A stretch of DNA of 64,000 bases from contig OZ024740.1 of NCBI GenBank assembly GCA_964016885.1, forward strand, positions 57,598,001-57,662,000, written 5' to 3'. Numbering within the stretch: position 1 is the stretch's first letter; every line of letters begins with the position of its first letter. This DNA comes from Eledone cirrhosa (Eukaryota). Shown here in pieces: positions 1 through 13,439 of this stretch. The notes under the pieces were generated by a model, which saw nothing but the letters and a program-made list of their open reading frames with translations, made no database searches and had not been told where the DNA came from. The position numbers were made by a program, and so were the translations under genes.

Positions 1-75
<75 letters not shown>

Positions 76-1797
76 CTTCTAAATGAGGAGAATAAATGGG
101 AGAAAGACAGTCTCCCCCACATCGACCCAATAGAGGGACCGGCAGTGTTAGTCGAAGGTAGTATAATAAGTAAGGCAATCAAAGATATGAAGATGGGTAA
201 GGCGGCTGGGCCTTCGGAAATAGTTGCTGAGATGCTGAAAGCCTCTGGAACGGTGGGACACACCATGGTCACCCGGATAGTAAACCAAGTCATACAGCTT
301 GGGGTTGTTCCGAAGGACTGGCATAGCAGCATCATCATTAACTGTTACAAGGGTAAAGGAGATGCCCTAGATAGGAGTAACTATAGGGGCATTAAATTAA
401 TCAACCAGGTCATGAAGGTCACGGAAAAAGTTATAGCGCAACTAATCAGAGAGAGACTTGATCTAGATGAAATGCAGTTCGGTTTTGTGTCAGGCAAAAG
501 TGCCACAGACGCTCTTTTCATTGTACGACAACTACAGGAGAAGTACCTAGCTAAAAGTAAACTAGCTTTTGTTGACCTGGAGAAAGCCTTCGACAGAGTC
601 CCCCGTTCCATTATCTGGTGGGCTCTTAGAAAACTAGGTGTTGACAAATGGCTTGTGAGAGCTATACAAGCCATGTATAAAGAAACAGTCAGCAAGGTTA
701 GAATTAACAACGAATATAGTGAAGAGTTTAGTGTAAAAGTTGGTGTACATCAGGGCTCTGTTCTTAGCCCCCTACTATTTATTATTGCCCTTCAGGCTAT
801 AACAGTGGAGTTCAAGACCGGCCGCCCATGGGAACTCCTATACGCAGATGATCTAATGCTCATAGCTGAATCAATGGCCGAGCTAGAGAAGAAATTCCAA
901 ACATGGAAGCATGGCCTAGAATCAAAAGGGCTTAAAATTAACCTGGCTAAGACTAAAGTTCTAGTTTGTAGGAAAGAAAATAAGGCAACGGTCCCTTCCG
1001 GGAAATGGCCATGCTCAGTGTGTAGGAAAGGCGTAGGTAGAAACTCCATTTTATGTCCCAAATGCAAAGTATGGGTGCATAAAAGATGTAGTGGGATCAC
1101 AGGTAAGCTAACTAAGAACATAGATTTTACATGTGGCCGGTGCTCTGGTGTAATAAGTAGCAGCAAGTACCCACAAAATACTAGCTCTTTCAATTGCGCA
1201 GAGGGTTCTATAGAAATAGTGGACAGCTTCCGTTACCTGGGTGACAAAATCAGCAGTGTGGGAGGGTGCTCTGAAAGTACAGTAGCTAGAGTCAGAACTG
1301 GATGGAAAAAGTTCAGAGAGCTTATACCACTATTAGCCACTAAAGGGTTCTCCCTAAAAATGAAAGGCAGGTTGTATGATGCCTGCATACGAACAGCAAT
1401 GTTGCATGGCAGTGAGACCTGGGCATTGTGTGCAGAGGATATATGCAGACTAGAGAGGAACGAAGCTTGCATGCTCCGCTGGATGTGTAATAGTAACATA
1501 CGTTAACGGCAAAGCATAAGCGAACTAAGGAAAAAATTAGAAATAAGAGGGATCAGATGTTGTTTACTCGAGAGAAGGCTACGTTGGTATGGTCACGTGA
1601 TGCGCATGAAAGACGACAGCTGTATAACAAAGTGCAGGGCAATAAAGATAGATGGTAGCTACGGAGTAGGCAGACCCAGAAAAACCTGGGACGAGCTGAT
1701 AAATTCCGACCTCACACACTTACACCTCTCCAAGACAATGTCACTGGACCGAGACCTTTGGCGGTACTCAGTAATAGAGAAGACCCGCCTTACCTAA
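76..1797 (+). pseudogene. RTE reverse transcriptase ORF remnant with premature stop
   Basis: TAA at 1504-1506 where other copies have GAA; same frame continues to ..EKTRLT* at 1797; 9-nt in-frame deletion of PLY near 560. Confidence 0.9.
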
Positions 1798-2190
1798 ATA
1801 CAAAGTAAAACCTACTACAGTCAGTAGGCATCTCTAACAAAATACACCCCCGTACCACCACCCCCACCCCATCCACACCGCCCCTTTCAATGTAAAGTTA
1901 TGTTGGTGCCACAACATCCAGGCCGAAACAAATGAGATCGTGTAGGTGTCACGACAAAAAAACAGACAGTCCACGCTGTAATGTGGCCGTGTAGGCAACA
2001 CGGTAAAAACCTCCCAGCCCCACACTGTAAATGTGGTTGGTGTTAGGAAGGGCATCCAGCTGTAGAAAACCCGCCAGACAGTCCTATGCGAGCAAGACAA
2101 TCACTCTTGCCTCAAGTGGGAAAACCCCCGTCCAAACCCATGCAAGCGTGGAACACGGACGTTAAACGTTGATGATGATGATGATGATGA
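76..2190 (+). mobile_element. 5'-truncated RTE-clade LINE, subfamily A
   Basis: RT motifs ([45 protein letters not shown]), C-terminal RRLRWYGHV..GRPRKTW, 3' UTR ending in (GAT)n; (TA)n on both sides. Confidence 0.95.
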
Positions 2191-2354
2191 TATATATGTG
2201 ACGAATATATATGGACTCTAACTCCTCATAGAGTCATATGTGGCATGGGCATAGTGATATACAGCATTTCTTTGGCACTTTAAACCTGTATATAGCCAAG
2301 ACACAGGACTAGAGAGGAAGTTAGAAAGAGATGTACTAGAAGAGTCACCTTCAG

Positions 2355-2500
2355 TATTGGACGTTTACTTTTTTTATCAACCTTGAAAGGATGAGATGAA
2401 AAAGTTGACTTCGGTGGGATTCAAACTGAAAATGCAAAGAGTTGGAAGGATGCTGCAAAAGATGCTATCCAATGTGCTAACGACTCAGCCAATTCATCAC
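2355..2500 (-). mobile_element. Degenerate tRNA-derived SINE head (octopus-type)
   Basis: Similar to 62236-62375 and 63390-63520 (gaaaggatg..aaagttgacttcggtgggattcaaact..gccaattca); family recognised from recall. Confidence 0.55.
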
Positions 2501-2519
2501 TATATATATATATATATAT

Positions 2520-2580
2520 ACCCGTCTAACCCATGCTAGCGTGGAATAACAGACGTAAAACGATGATGATGATGATGATA
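2520..2580 (+). mobile_element. RTE subfamily B 3'-terminal stub
   Basis: cccgtctaacccatgctagcgtgga..acgtaaaacg(atg)n matches the 3' end of the 41618-44700 element. Confidence 0.85.
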
Positions 2581-2594
2581 TGAATATATATATA

Positions 2595-3190
2595 TACGTT
2601 GGTATGGTCACGTGATGCGCATGAAAGACGATAGCTGAATAAAAAAGTGCAGGGCAATAAAAATAGATGGTAGCCACGGAGTAGGCAGACCCAGAAAAAC
2701 CTGATAAATTCCGATCTCACACACTTACACCTCTCCAAGACAATGTCACTGGACCCAGACCTTTGGCGGTACTCAGTAATAGAGAAAACCCGCCTTACCT
2801 AAGTACAAAGTGAAACCTACTACAGTCAGTAGGCACCTCTAACAAAATACACCCCGTCCCACTACCCCCACCCCATCCACACCACCCCTTTCAATGTAAA
2901 GTTATGTTGGTACCACAACATCCAGCCTGAAACAAATGAGGGCGTGTAGGTATCACAACAAAAAACACACAGTCTACGCTGTAATGTGGCCGTGTAGGTA
3001 ACACGGTAAAAACCTCCCAGTTCCACACTGTAAATGTGGTTGGTGTTAGGAAGGGCATCCAGCCGTAGAAAAGCCGCCAGACAGTCCTATGCGAGCAAGA
3101 CAACCAATCTTGCCTCAAGTGGGAAAACTCCCGCCCAAACCCATGCAAGAGTGGAATATGGACGTTAAACGATGATGATGATGATGATGA
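2595..3190 (+). mobile_element. RTE subfamily A 3' fragment
   Basis: Near copy of 1580-2190 with small deletions; (GAT)n tail. Confidence 0.92.
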
Positions 3191-3979
3191 TATATGTATG
3201 TATATATGTGTATATATATATGTGTATATATATATATATGTGTATATATATATATGTGTGTGTGTATATATATATATGTATATACATATGTGTGTATATA
3301 CATATATATATATGTGTGTGTGTATATATATATATATTAGAAACAGAGAGAATCCCCAATAATGTAAAATAAAATTAGTTTCCCTCTTTTATTTTAAAGT
3401 TAGCCCACAACACGCACATATAAAATATAAGAATAATCATGTAAAATAATGCAAAAAAAAGAAATAGCTACAATTTAAAAAAAAAATACAATACAATAAT
3501 AAAATTCCAATCAACAACAACAACAGTAATAATAATAATCGAACCTGATTGGATCTCAAAGAAAAGATAACAACAGCAACAGCAGAAGCAACAGCAAGAA
3601 CAACAACTGCAACAGCAACAACAACAATAACCATAACAGCTACAATGTGTAGGGTGCAGCACTGAGCTGGTAATGCTGATTCTGTTTATTTTTTCTATTC
3701 AGTGTAAAAAATATGTAAATTATGTCTAAAAGAAAAAAGGAATTGAGTTCTAAATATGAACTCATGGCCCACTCCTCTGCCATGTACACATGCAATGTGC
3801 ATTAGTTTTCGGTGCTGCTACTCATTTAAATTGCATCTATTATTTGTTAGAATTATGAAGAATTCAGTAAATTTCAAAGACATGGAATATTATTAGCAAA
3901 GCTGATGAATAACATGGATCAGTTCCATATTATGGAACTAACAGAACCAGAAGGTAGAAATATGTTAAGATCATAATCC

Positions 3980-4430
3980 TCATCATCATTATCATCATTT
4001 AACATCTGCTTTCCATGTTAGCAACGGTTGGATAGGTCTCCATAAACCAAGTCAGTATTGAAGTGGTGTTACTGACCTCCCAGACAGGCATAGGGTTCTG
4101 CACTCTGCTTACGCATAGCCATATCAAGTGCAGAGGAGAAGTTGTCATGCCATTTGAAACAAACTGAAGGGTCCTCCTAACTCCTTGTTTGGCAAGTTTT
4201 CTACAACTGGGTGCCCTTCCTGACACCGACCACTTTAGTGAGTGTAATGGGTGCTTTTATTGAATAGATCACCAACACTAGAGAGGTTGTTGTGTCTTTG
4301 ACACAACTAAATGGTCATCCCAACCCTTTTAGGCATGGTTTCTACAGCGAGATGTCCTTCCTGTCACCAACCATCCTTACGGAGTGTAATGGGGGCATTT
4401 TTTGTGACACCATCAAAGAGAAGTTGTTGG
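3980..4430 (-). mobile_element. Degenerate RTE-type 3' UTR/tail
   Basis: (CAT)n tail plus repeated ttctaca.ctgg.tgcccttcct..cacc.acca motif shared with RTE 3' UTRs. Confidence 0.55.
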
Positions 4431-4550
4431 TTATAAACCCAATTGTAGATATCTCTCTGCTCTGAAGAGAGGGGGGGGGGGGGTTACATAAAATAATAAC
4501 AAAAACAAAGCTAAAAATATTTTAGACAAATTAACACTGACCTAACACAA

Positions 4551-4710
4551 GTACAGGTATGGCTGTTTAGCTTAAGAAGAATACTTTGAGATTGATTCCA
4601 CTGTGTGGTAACTTGGACAGGTGTCTTTTACTTAGAGCGTTGGGTTGATCAATGCCTTAGGAGTGAATTTAACAGATGGAAATATGTGAAGAAGGCTATC
4701 ATGTGTATAT
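4551..4710 (+). mobile_element. Degenerate tRNA-derived SINE
   Basis: ggtatggctgt..ttccactgtgtggtaacttggacaggtgtcttttact..gccttaggagtgaattt resembles a common octopus SINE (recall); related remnant near 61710-61820. Confidence 0.45.
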
Positions 4711-4769
4711 CTGCTTCCATATCATCAGTGCTTAAAGCAAGTGTTGATGTTTGTTTATGTCTTGCATAA

Positions 4770-5057
4770 ACAATATGTCCCACAACTTAGTGGCAGAGGA
4801 CAAAGGGAGATGGAGAGTGACCATCAAAATAGCTGCAGCCAGCTTTGAAGAGTGTAGGAAAGTGGCGGCTGAAGATAAAAATCAAAGAAGAAAGCTGTCC
4901 GCGACCCAACCACAAACTGACCAAATAGACACTTGCCGCAACTGTACCAGAATTTGCGGGTCCAGGATTAGCCTCTACAGCCACCCCAGGGTGTGCCATT
5001 GCATGAAACAGAACAATAATTCTTCCCACTGATCTTCGCAAGCAAAGAATCTGCCAT

Positions 5058-5060
<3 letters not shown>
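4770..5060 (+). mobile_element. 3' end of a BovB-like RTE LINE (third family)
   Basis: Translation DKGRWR..FEECR..CRNCTRICGSRISLYSH is the C-terminal zinc-knuckle region of RTE/BovB ORF2; ends at (TA)n. Confidence 0.7.
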
Positions 5061-5104
<44 letters not shown>

Positions 5105-5229
5105 GGGAAGTAAGGTTCTATATATATATATTCCCTAAATACCACTCTTCATCCACATACTTCAATCCACCCCATACACTTCCCTTATCTAACTCATACC
5201 AGATGGAAGATGTGTCTCCCCTACTCACA

Positions 5230-5640
5230 CCACATACCTGATTCGCTCCCTTGTCCAACCCATGCCAGCTTGAAAATACAGATGTAACTCACTCTCTCCA
5301 ACGCCACTCTCATGACCTGACGCTTTTTCTGTCCTTACTCCTATCAATGCCTTTGTAGTGATGGTGCCATAAAAATACACCCAGCCCACTCTATAGAGTG
5401 GTAGTGCTGGTGCCACAAAGAAAAGCACCCTGTTCAAACTGTAATGTGGTAGTTCCAGAGTCACAATAAATGTTCCCACATTGTAATGTGGTTGGTGTTA
5501 GGAAGGGCATCCAGCTGTCGAAACCAAGTCAAATATGGAACGTCCAAGCAGGACATTGTTACCTAACAAAGTAATGCTTGACAACATAACCTATCTAACC
5601 CCTGCAAGCCTGGAAAATAAATGTTAAATGGTGGTGATAT
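5230..5640 (+). mobile_element. Degenerate RTE-B-type 3' UTR
   Basis: gttggtgttaggaagggcatccagctgt motif, terminal ctaacccctgcaagcctgga and ggtgat tail. Confidence 0.6.
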
Positions 5641-8600
5641 ATATATCAAAAATAAAGTATTGGTTGGCATCAGGAAGTACATCCATCTGAAGAAAAACTG
5701 CCTTCAGCATGTCACCCAACCCTTTCTCTTCCACATTACAGTGAAGGCTGAATGTATTTTATTACGGTACCAGTACTTACTACTTTTCAACACTAGGACA
5801 TTTGTGTCCTTGGCCAGACTGAGAGAGTAGTGATAAGGAATAAGCAGAAAATTTCATCAAAATCTCATTATGAAACAGTGATAAGAAACTCTCAGGAAAG
5901 CTGGACAGCAGGTCTTCAGAGAAGAACCCCCACCCACCTCAAGCAAGTGTCTCAGCCCTTTACTTCTTACACTCTAAAGGGGGTAGGTCACATCCAGGTC
6001 ATGGTTCCAGGGTGTCCTGCTGACATTTAGCCATTCAGATATTGGAGACTTGTGCATTTAAACAGTATGAAGATCTAGCTGGAACTCCTCTCTACTAACT
6101 CTGCTTCCAAACTTATATTTAAATGCTTTCTTGAGTTTGGAAAAATAATAATAGTAGTCATGGTAGCGGTGAGATGCCAACAGTGTCACCGCCGCCACCA
6201 ACACAACAGCTATGACTCACTCATGAGATTTTATTTAGTCAAATTCATTAACAGCATAGACAAATATAAAAATTAATTGAAATACACAGGCAATTTATTC
6301 ATTAGAATTATGCTCATGAAAGGTTTAAATTAATGTTGTATCTTGCCTAAGCCGCTGCTGTTGTTGTTGTTTTTAACCCCAGGTAAACACTGATGAAGTA
6401 GACAAGATTGAAGGCTCTCAAACTGTGACCATCACAGCCATGCCTGTGCCTATAATATATATATCTGTGAGTGTGTGTGAGAGAGAGAGAGAGGATTCAC
6501 ACATAAACAGAGGCTCTGATCATGCTTGGACACAGCAAAGAACAAACTCAATAAAGAATATTCTTATATTTTTAAAAATCATGCATTATATATTAAAGAA
6601 ATAGAGAGAAAGAAAGACACATAAAAACTTGCCAAAAACAAGCAAGTAAACAATTTCCTTTTTATCAAATTAAAACACGAAGGAACTGTTGGTGGTATTT
6701 TCCTATCATGATAAAAGCAGTTTTATGATGTGCTAGTTAGAAATCAAACAAATTTGCTTTGCTATATAATCATAACAAACTTTTGTTTTAAAAATCATTA
6801 ACTTTCCTACATTTTTAAAGAATCAAATTATTTTCAGTTTCAACAAAACACCATTTGACAACTTCCTTTTCATATTCACTCATCAATAATTGCTTATCTA
6901 AACTGAATCTTAGTTTCTTAGATAACTGGATTATTTTCTCTTCATTGAATTACACCGAAGAAAGAATCACTTACAGAAAGCAATATATCTTCCAAAAGTG
7001 AAGTAATTTTTTGTCATTAGTATTATTCCATTTTTGATAAAGCAATTTACTTCAACAAACTTCCCTCACACCTCCAAACAAAAGTGAGCAGAAAAAAATT
7101 TTTTTTTAGTAAATTTATAAGCTATTTTTACATTGAATTGAATTGTTTTTCTTCCTGTTTTATCTAATATGACTATTTTATTTCCTGGAAGAATAATTCA
7201 TTTAAAGCAAACATCACGTGAAAATTAAATAACTAGATAACACTGTACCAGAATAGTGTGACAACAGATAAAAAAAAAAATTTTAAACCTCAGGATGCAA
7301 TGTTATTATAAAGAATTTATACTGCTTATTTCAGATTGATATTGCAAACATTAAATCACATTTCTAAGATTTCAACAGGAATAAAATTTGTTTATGAAAT
7401 TCATACCTAATTCACTCACAAAGTTTGCCAACAGCTTCTTTTCCTTGACTCTTTATAGAACAAAGTTTAGTTGACAGGCATCTTAGTGAGAGATAAAGAT
7501 TAGAAGAGATTTTAACTGCTTAAACATCTTTTAACGAAAAGATTCATTAACATGTCTATCTAATAGCATAAATATAGTTATCGCCAGAAAGTTCAGTGCA
7601 GCACAATCATCGCTAATGATCAATCAAGTTTTCCTATTTGGCAAGAGAATAACTCTTATTTCCAAACTTGAAATGCAAGACCATTTATTTTCTATTTCTG
7701 GATTCCTAGGGAGGGAACATAACATATTTTAGTTACTAGGGTTATCATTTGGACATGAAAATAATGCTGGCTCTTTAAAAGATTAAAGCAGTAAAACTAG
7801 TTTATATAAAAATGACTATAAAAATAAACAGATTGGCCATTATATCTTCTGTCACATTCTTGGCATTTTTGATTCATCACTGCACTTCTCAAGGTAAATG
7901 TGTACTAATTAGTTACTAGCTGTCAAGTCTTGAATTAAAAAGAAAACATTCAGGACTACATCAAAACCAAAGAGTCTTTTTATTGAAACAATATAGGTTG
8001 ATATATCTAACATCAATAACAAGACAAGAAGAATGTTGTCACTTAAAATAGTGATGAATTGAAAGACTGAACAGCTAAAACAATAAGTAAGACAAAACTA
8101 ATATATAATACAAAAATTTCAATACATTAATCACACTTTTAGTGAACGAACAGGAAAGAATAATGCATTAACACAAATTTAACATTACAGTTGTAAAGAT
8201 GTCATTAAATAAGCAACATTTTAACCAAATTTCAGCAAACTATATGAAACAATCATGCCTGTATTAATTTTACAAGGATTATGTCCTCTATAAATTTATA
8301 TTATGATTCCTTACTTACAACAAACCACAAATAAAACCAGGAGATTTCATGGAAATGTTCAAAAAAACTTTCATTACCATATTTCTAATAAAAGACACTG
8401 CCTTTGATTTTCAAATCATTTTGAAAATAATCGAGAATTTGTGAAGAGTAATATAAGTAACTTTCTCATTTGTATGGAGTTCACCTTGAACAATGGTAGT
8501 GCTGTTGCTACAACAACAAAAAGCAAGCCTTTTGCTGTCCTTTCAGTTTAACCCTGTCAGTTTTAACTTTGTCCAAACTAGTATTAAAGTGAAAAGTTTA

Positions 8601-10521
8601 AAGGAGAAAGGAGATGGTAAGTAAAAAGCACAGGAGACAAAGATCAACCACTTCCAGAAAGCTATTTAAAGGTAATTTAAGTAAGAGTGAAAGTTTAAGT
8701 TAATCAAATCACTGCTGTTTTATAATGGACTTCATTGAGAACATCAATAATTAAGGTCACTGGAGAGCCAATAGTTTATATTCAAAAGCAATCACAGACA
8801 ATGATTCAGAATCAATTAATCTTATTTCAATGTTTACCATCATTACTTTTTTCACATGTTGTTGTCAATGTTTAGCCCCAGGTCGGTTCTGTTTAAGCAG
8901 GCCTATGATCATAGATGTAGCCATGTCCATCTCATCTTTTTCTCAGCCAGAATGTAGATAAGATTACACCATTCAATGTGCCTCCATTTTTTTTTTAAAG
9001 ATGGTAGGGTGCGATTTGGCTACTATTTCTAGCAAGACAGATGACCACATAGCTTTTGATTTTATGCTTTTCTATACTGACTAGTGTTAGAGGGGTCTGT
9101 AATAGAGCATCTGTATTTCAATCGAACAAGCTTCTCAAATTTCCTTAATCAGTGGCAGGATTTAATGTTATTTTGGGTCACATTGCTTATCATTACAATG
9201 AGAATTGCCTGTGCTCAATTTATAACATTTTTTTCAAACCTTAAAAAGTGTATAAATATTCAAAGAATACACAGTATATTCTCATTTAAATCAACCATAA
9301 TTGTTCATTCATTTCTATGTACTATACATGCACCTTTGATGAATTGTGCACCTGAGCACTGTACACAATAATTTCCATTATATATTACATACATAAACCT
9401 ACACCTTTCACCACTTTTGACTTGAAAGGCGAGATGGTCTAGAGAGGAGAAGACATCTTTGCCATATAAGGGCAAAAACAACCTCTCTAGAATTGGCACC
9501 AAAATAAAATGGACCATGTATTCAGTAAAGTGGTTGACAGTCAGATTGTAAACAATGTAGGTAGAGAGGGCTCTTTAGAGTTGTTGAGGACACGGCAGCC
9601 TCTCTAGTGCAGGTAACATGATAAAATGCACCCAGTACAAGCTGTAAAGTAGCTGATATTAGGAAGGGTACTCAGCTGTAAAAGCTATGTTAAAAGTTAG
9701 AGCGTACAAGAAAGGCATGATTTTCCTATCCATCTAGTAGGGCAATAAAAACTGACTCAGACTGTAAAACCCATCTATTCTAATGTCAGTATTGAAAGCA
9801 AATATAAAATGATGATAATGAGGATGATGAGATGTTGATTTACAATCCAATAATTTAAAGATAAAAATTTTAAAGGTCATGTTGCATAGCACAAAAGCCC
9901 TGAAGCAATAAAGGAGTTTTCTCTTAAAAGTTAATGTTTTCACTTAATGCATTTCAATAAGATAGGATTACTTTAAATGACATTCCTTTTTATATAATAT
10001 ATTCCATTAAAAATATACACTGACAATAATTTCAATTTATATTATATACTTTGAATGTAGTTATCATCAGTAAATATCCCATATTTAGTCAAACTCTCTG
10101 TTGTGGATGAAAGAAAAACTTAATTTTCATGTCCCTGAGAATTTATAGAGCTAAACAATAAATCAAGCATATAATAGCATGATACAGTGATAGATCGTAA
10201 AACAAACCTTATGCTATAGTAAGAAAATTGGTTGAATGATGTCTTATTACACAAAACACTCAGTATTTTACCAAATCGGAGTATTAGTGATCTGGTTAAG
10301 TTGTTATTGTTGTTTAATCCTTTAGCATCTAAACCAGCCATATGCAGCCAGAATTTTCTCAGCTCTTTCTGTTCAAACCAGCTTTAACCAGCCACTCATA
10401 CTAATGTTAAGGTATGGTTCTCAAAATAAATAATATCAAAACCTCATAGATTCAATATTATGTGAGACAATTATGCGAAATAAAGTGTTTACAGTGAAAA
10501 TACAATAGTAAATATAGAGTA

Positions 10522-10871
10522 ATCATCATCATCATCATCATCATTTCATTTTACGTCCGCTTTTCCCTACTTGCAAGGGTGGGATGGGAACTGATTCTGG
10601 CTTGATTTCTACAGCTGGATGCCCTTCCTAACACCAACCTCATTTACAGTGAGTGCTGGGTGCTTTTTTGCCGTGGCACCTCCACGACCACTTTGCAGTG
10701 GAATGATAGGGACCCCAGTCCCTATCATCTCATTCCTACAGCTGAGTAAACTGGAGCAATGTGAAATAAAGTGTCTTGCTCAAGGAAACAACACATCACC
10801 CGGTCTGAGAATTGAACTCACAACCTTTCGATTGCAAGCCCAATGCTCTAACCACTAAGCCATGTGCCTCC
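10522..10871 (-). mobile_element. tRNA-derived SINE with RTE-B-derived 3' tail
   Basis: Near-exact reverse complement of 23083-23425; A/B-box-like head; (GAT)n tail. Confidence 0.9.
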
Positions 10872-11222
10872 ATGCAAATGCTAAAGGGTTAAACCCAAGT
10901 CGGCTTCTAATTAAGCATACAAGCCTATGACTAAAAAGCATTCCAGGTATGACAATCCTGTCATTTTTTTCATTGTTTTTAAGATACATGCTGGACCCAT
11001 GACAAGCTTGGTTGTACTCATCATAGATTTGTGTTGACCAATACATTGTGAATGAAATTTGATTTATTGAAACCATAGCAATGGTCATCATATATACATA
11101 AATACATATAAAAGAGTTGGGAGGGCTCTTCAGCTGTGTCAAAGATATGACAACCTTTTTAGTGTTGCTGATTTACATGATAAACGCACTGAAGACTGGT
11201 TGGTGATAGGAAGGGCATCCAT

Positions 11223-11575
11223 GGAGGGCACATAGTTTAGTGGCTAGAGCATTGAGCTTGCAATTGAAAGGTTGTGAGTTCAATTCTCGGACCGGGTGAT
11301 GTGTTGTTTCCTTGAGCAAGACACTTTATTTTACATTGGTCCAGTTTACTCAGCTGTAGAAATGAGATGATAGGGACTGGGGTCTATATCATTCCACAGC
11401 AAAGTGGCCGTGTAGGTGCCACGGCAAAAAAGCACCCAGCACTCACTGTAAATGAGGTTGGTGTTAGGAAGGGCATCCAGCTGTAGAAATCAAGCCAAAA
11501 TCAGTTCCCGTATGAACAAGACAAGGTCAGCTGACCAGACACTGCCCACTAACGTGGAAGAACGGACATAAAATG
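11223..11575 (+). mobile_element. tRNA-derived SINE with RTE-B-derived 3' tail
   Basis: Same family as 10522-10871 and 23083-23425; tagtttagtgg A box, gagttcaattc B box. Confidence 0.88.
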
Positions 11576-11845
11576 GAATCTATGTAAGTGAAATACAGAT
11601 CCCAGTCCATCTGAGAGGTCAGGTGCTCCACATAAGTAATAACTGGTCTGTATCTACCCAATCCACCCTTGCTAGCAGAGATAATGGACATTAAAGGATG
11701 GTGATGATGATTATTATTATGATGTATGTGTGTGTGTGTGTGTGTATGTGTGTGCATGTGTGTGTGAATGTGAGTGGGTGTAGCCCCCTAGTACTGTAAT
11801 GAGGTAGTGCTGGTGTCACAGCAACAGCACCCAATGCACCCTAAA

Positions 11846-13025
11846 CAGGGCTGCTCAGTTCTTTGAAGACACATCTTTTAATAGCTCTATCTTTTTCTAA
11901 CTTGAGCTGATTATAATTTTGCAGATAAATGACAGACAATAAGCTAATTCAGCAAATAAAAAGACACACTGTAATTGTTGCCTTAAAGGCAGAACATAAT
12001 GATTTGAGATAGCTTGCTTCCTGAAAGTTGCATGCACATTTGTTGTCAAAGAGCTGGCAGCAGCTGGTGGAGATTCTACAACAACAGCAAATGGAAAATA
12101 CCTGCTAAGGGTCCTAATATCATCAAAACACCCAAACTTGTATGAAAGATGCAGAGAATCCCAGAATGTCAATTAGCAGTTAAGGAGTTATGGTTTCAAG
12201 GAAACATATCAGAAGAATTGTGCATGAGAACCTTCAATACAAGCCATATATGATGCAGATAGGCCAACTTACGTCTGCAAAGATAAAAGATAACTGTCAG
12301 ATCTGCGCAAAGCACTTGTTGAGCAAGTTGAAACATCAAGAGCCTGGAATGCTAAGGTTTTTCTCTGATAAGAAAAAGTTTGTTCATGACGAAAAGGTCA
12401 ACCGAAAGAATGAAAGATGTTTACACAGAGACTTTAAAGATGTTCCAGCAGTCATGCACATGATGTTTCTGGCAACTATGATGGTTCAGGGAGATGTCAT
12501 GCCTCCTCACTTCTTTCCTTGGGGCTTAAGAGTCAATGCTGCTGTTGGAGAACATTGTGAGAATTTGGTTAGAGGGTGTGAACAAAGGAAGACTATATAT
12601 CCACCAACAAGACTTTGCACAATTTCATGAAGCCAAGATGACCCAAGAATGAATGAGTTGTAATTTCCACAATCATGTCACTCTAAATATATGGACTCCT
12701 AGCTCTCCAGATATGAATCTGTTTGTCTATTACGTATGGGGCATAGTCAAGAAGGAAGTTAATCAACACTATAAAATTTCTGAAGTTTGCTATAACTAGC
12801 ACAATATTCAAAATAGTTAAAGATCATCTGATTCAGGTGTTTCAGACCTCATATTGAAGCAGTCATCAATGCTAACAGCAGAGTCTTCAAGTAGATGCAT
12901 CAAAAACAATCTCAAGAACATTCATGCCAATTTTTTCTCAAATAAACCTCTTCTTTCATGACTTATGTGTCTATGTGTCTTTTACTAAATTCATGTAATT
13001 GTCCTCAATGAATTGAGTAGTGCTG
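11846..13025 (+). mobile_element. Old Tc1/mariner (maT-like) DNA transposon, degenerate
   Basis: Imperfect TIRs cagggctgctcagttctttgaagaca / tgtcctcaatgaattgagtagtgctg; remnants FFSDKKKF, GDVMPPHFF, WTPSSPDMN resemble the 53291-54565 transposase; interrupts an RTE-type 3' UTR. Confidence 0.8.
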
Positions 13026-13439
13026 CAGTGCTGAGACCACAACAACAAGCACCCGGTCCACCCTGTAGTGCTGGAGTCATGTTAAAATGGTCCCAGTACA
13101 CACTGTAAAGTGGTTGGTGTTAGGAAGAGCATCCAGCTATAGAAACTATGCTCCCAATTCACACTCTACAGTGGTTAGCATTAGATGATGATGATATATA
13201 TATATAAACAAGTTTACTAAGTAGAGAGAATACATTCAAGGCATAACCCAATAATTTCACATATGTAACATCACAGATTAGGAATAGGTTATATCCCTTA
13301 TGTTGTATCAAATTTAAAATATCCACCTCTTTATACATTGCATACCATATTGAAGTAATGTTTTTTTAATAGTGTTTATATATCTCTGTACTTCTGAATA
13401 TGTCACTGTAATATTAAAACATCTCTTTCAGGGGAGATA

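Noticed and set aside
381-1499. Recurrent antisense ORFs (MKELVFC.., MLILTL..) in RTE copies
   Set aside because: Shadow frames of the RT ORF with no recognisable domain; recurrence only reflects copy similarity.
6600-7900. Coding-like stretches on the minus strand (e.g. FNEEKIIQLSKKLRF..)
   Set aside because: Frequent stops and no motif I can identify; may be a decayed gene or transposase and would need BLASTX.
9090-9520. Possible very old PLE GIY-YIG remnant and CTGATTA..GAAA motif on the minus strand
   Set aside because: Motifs too eroded; no convincing stems.
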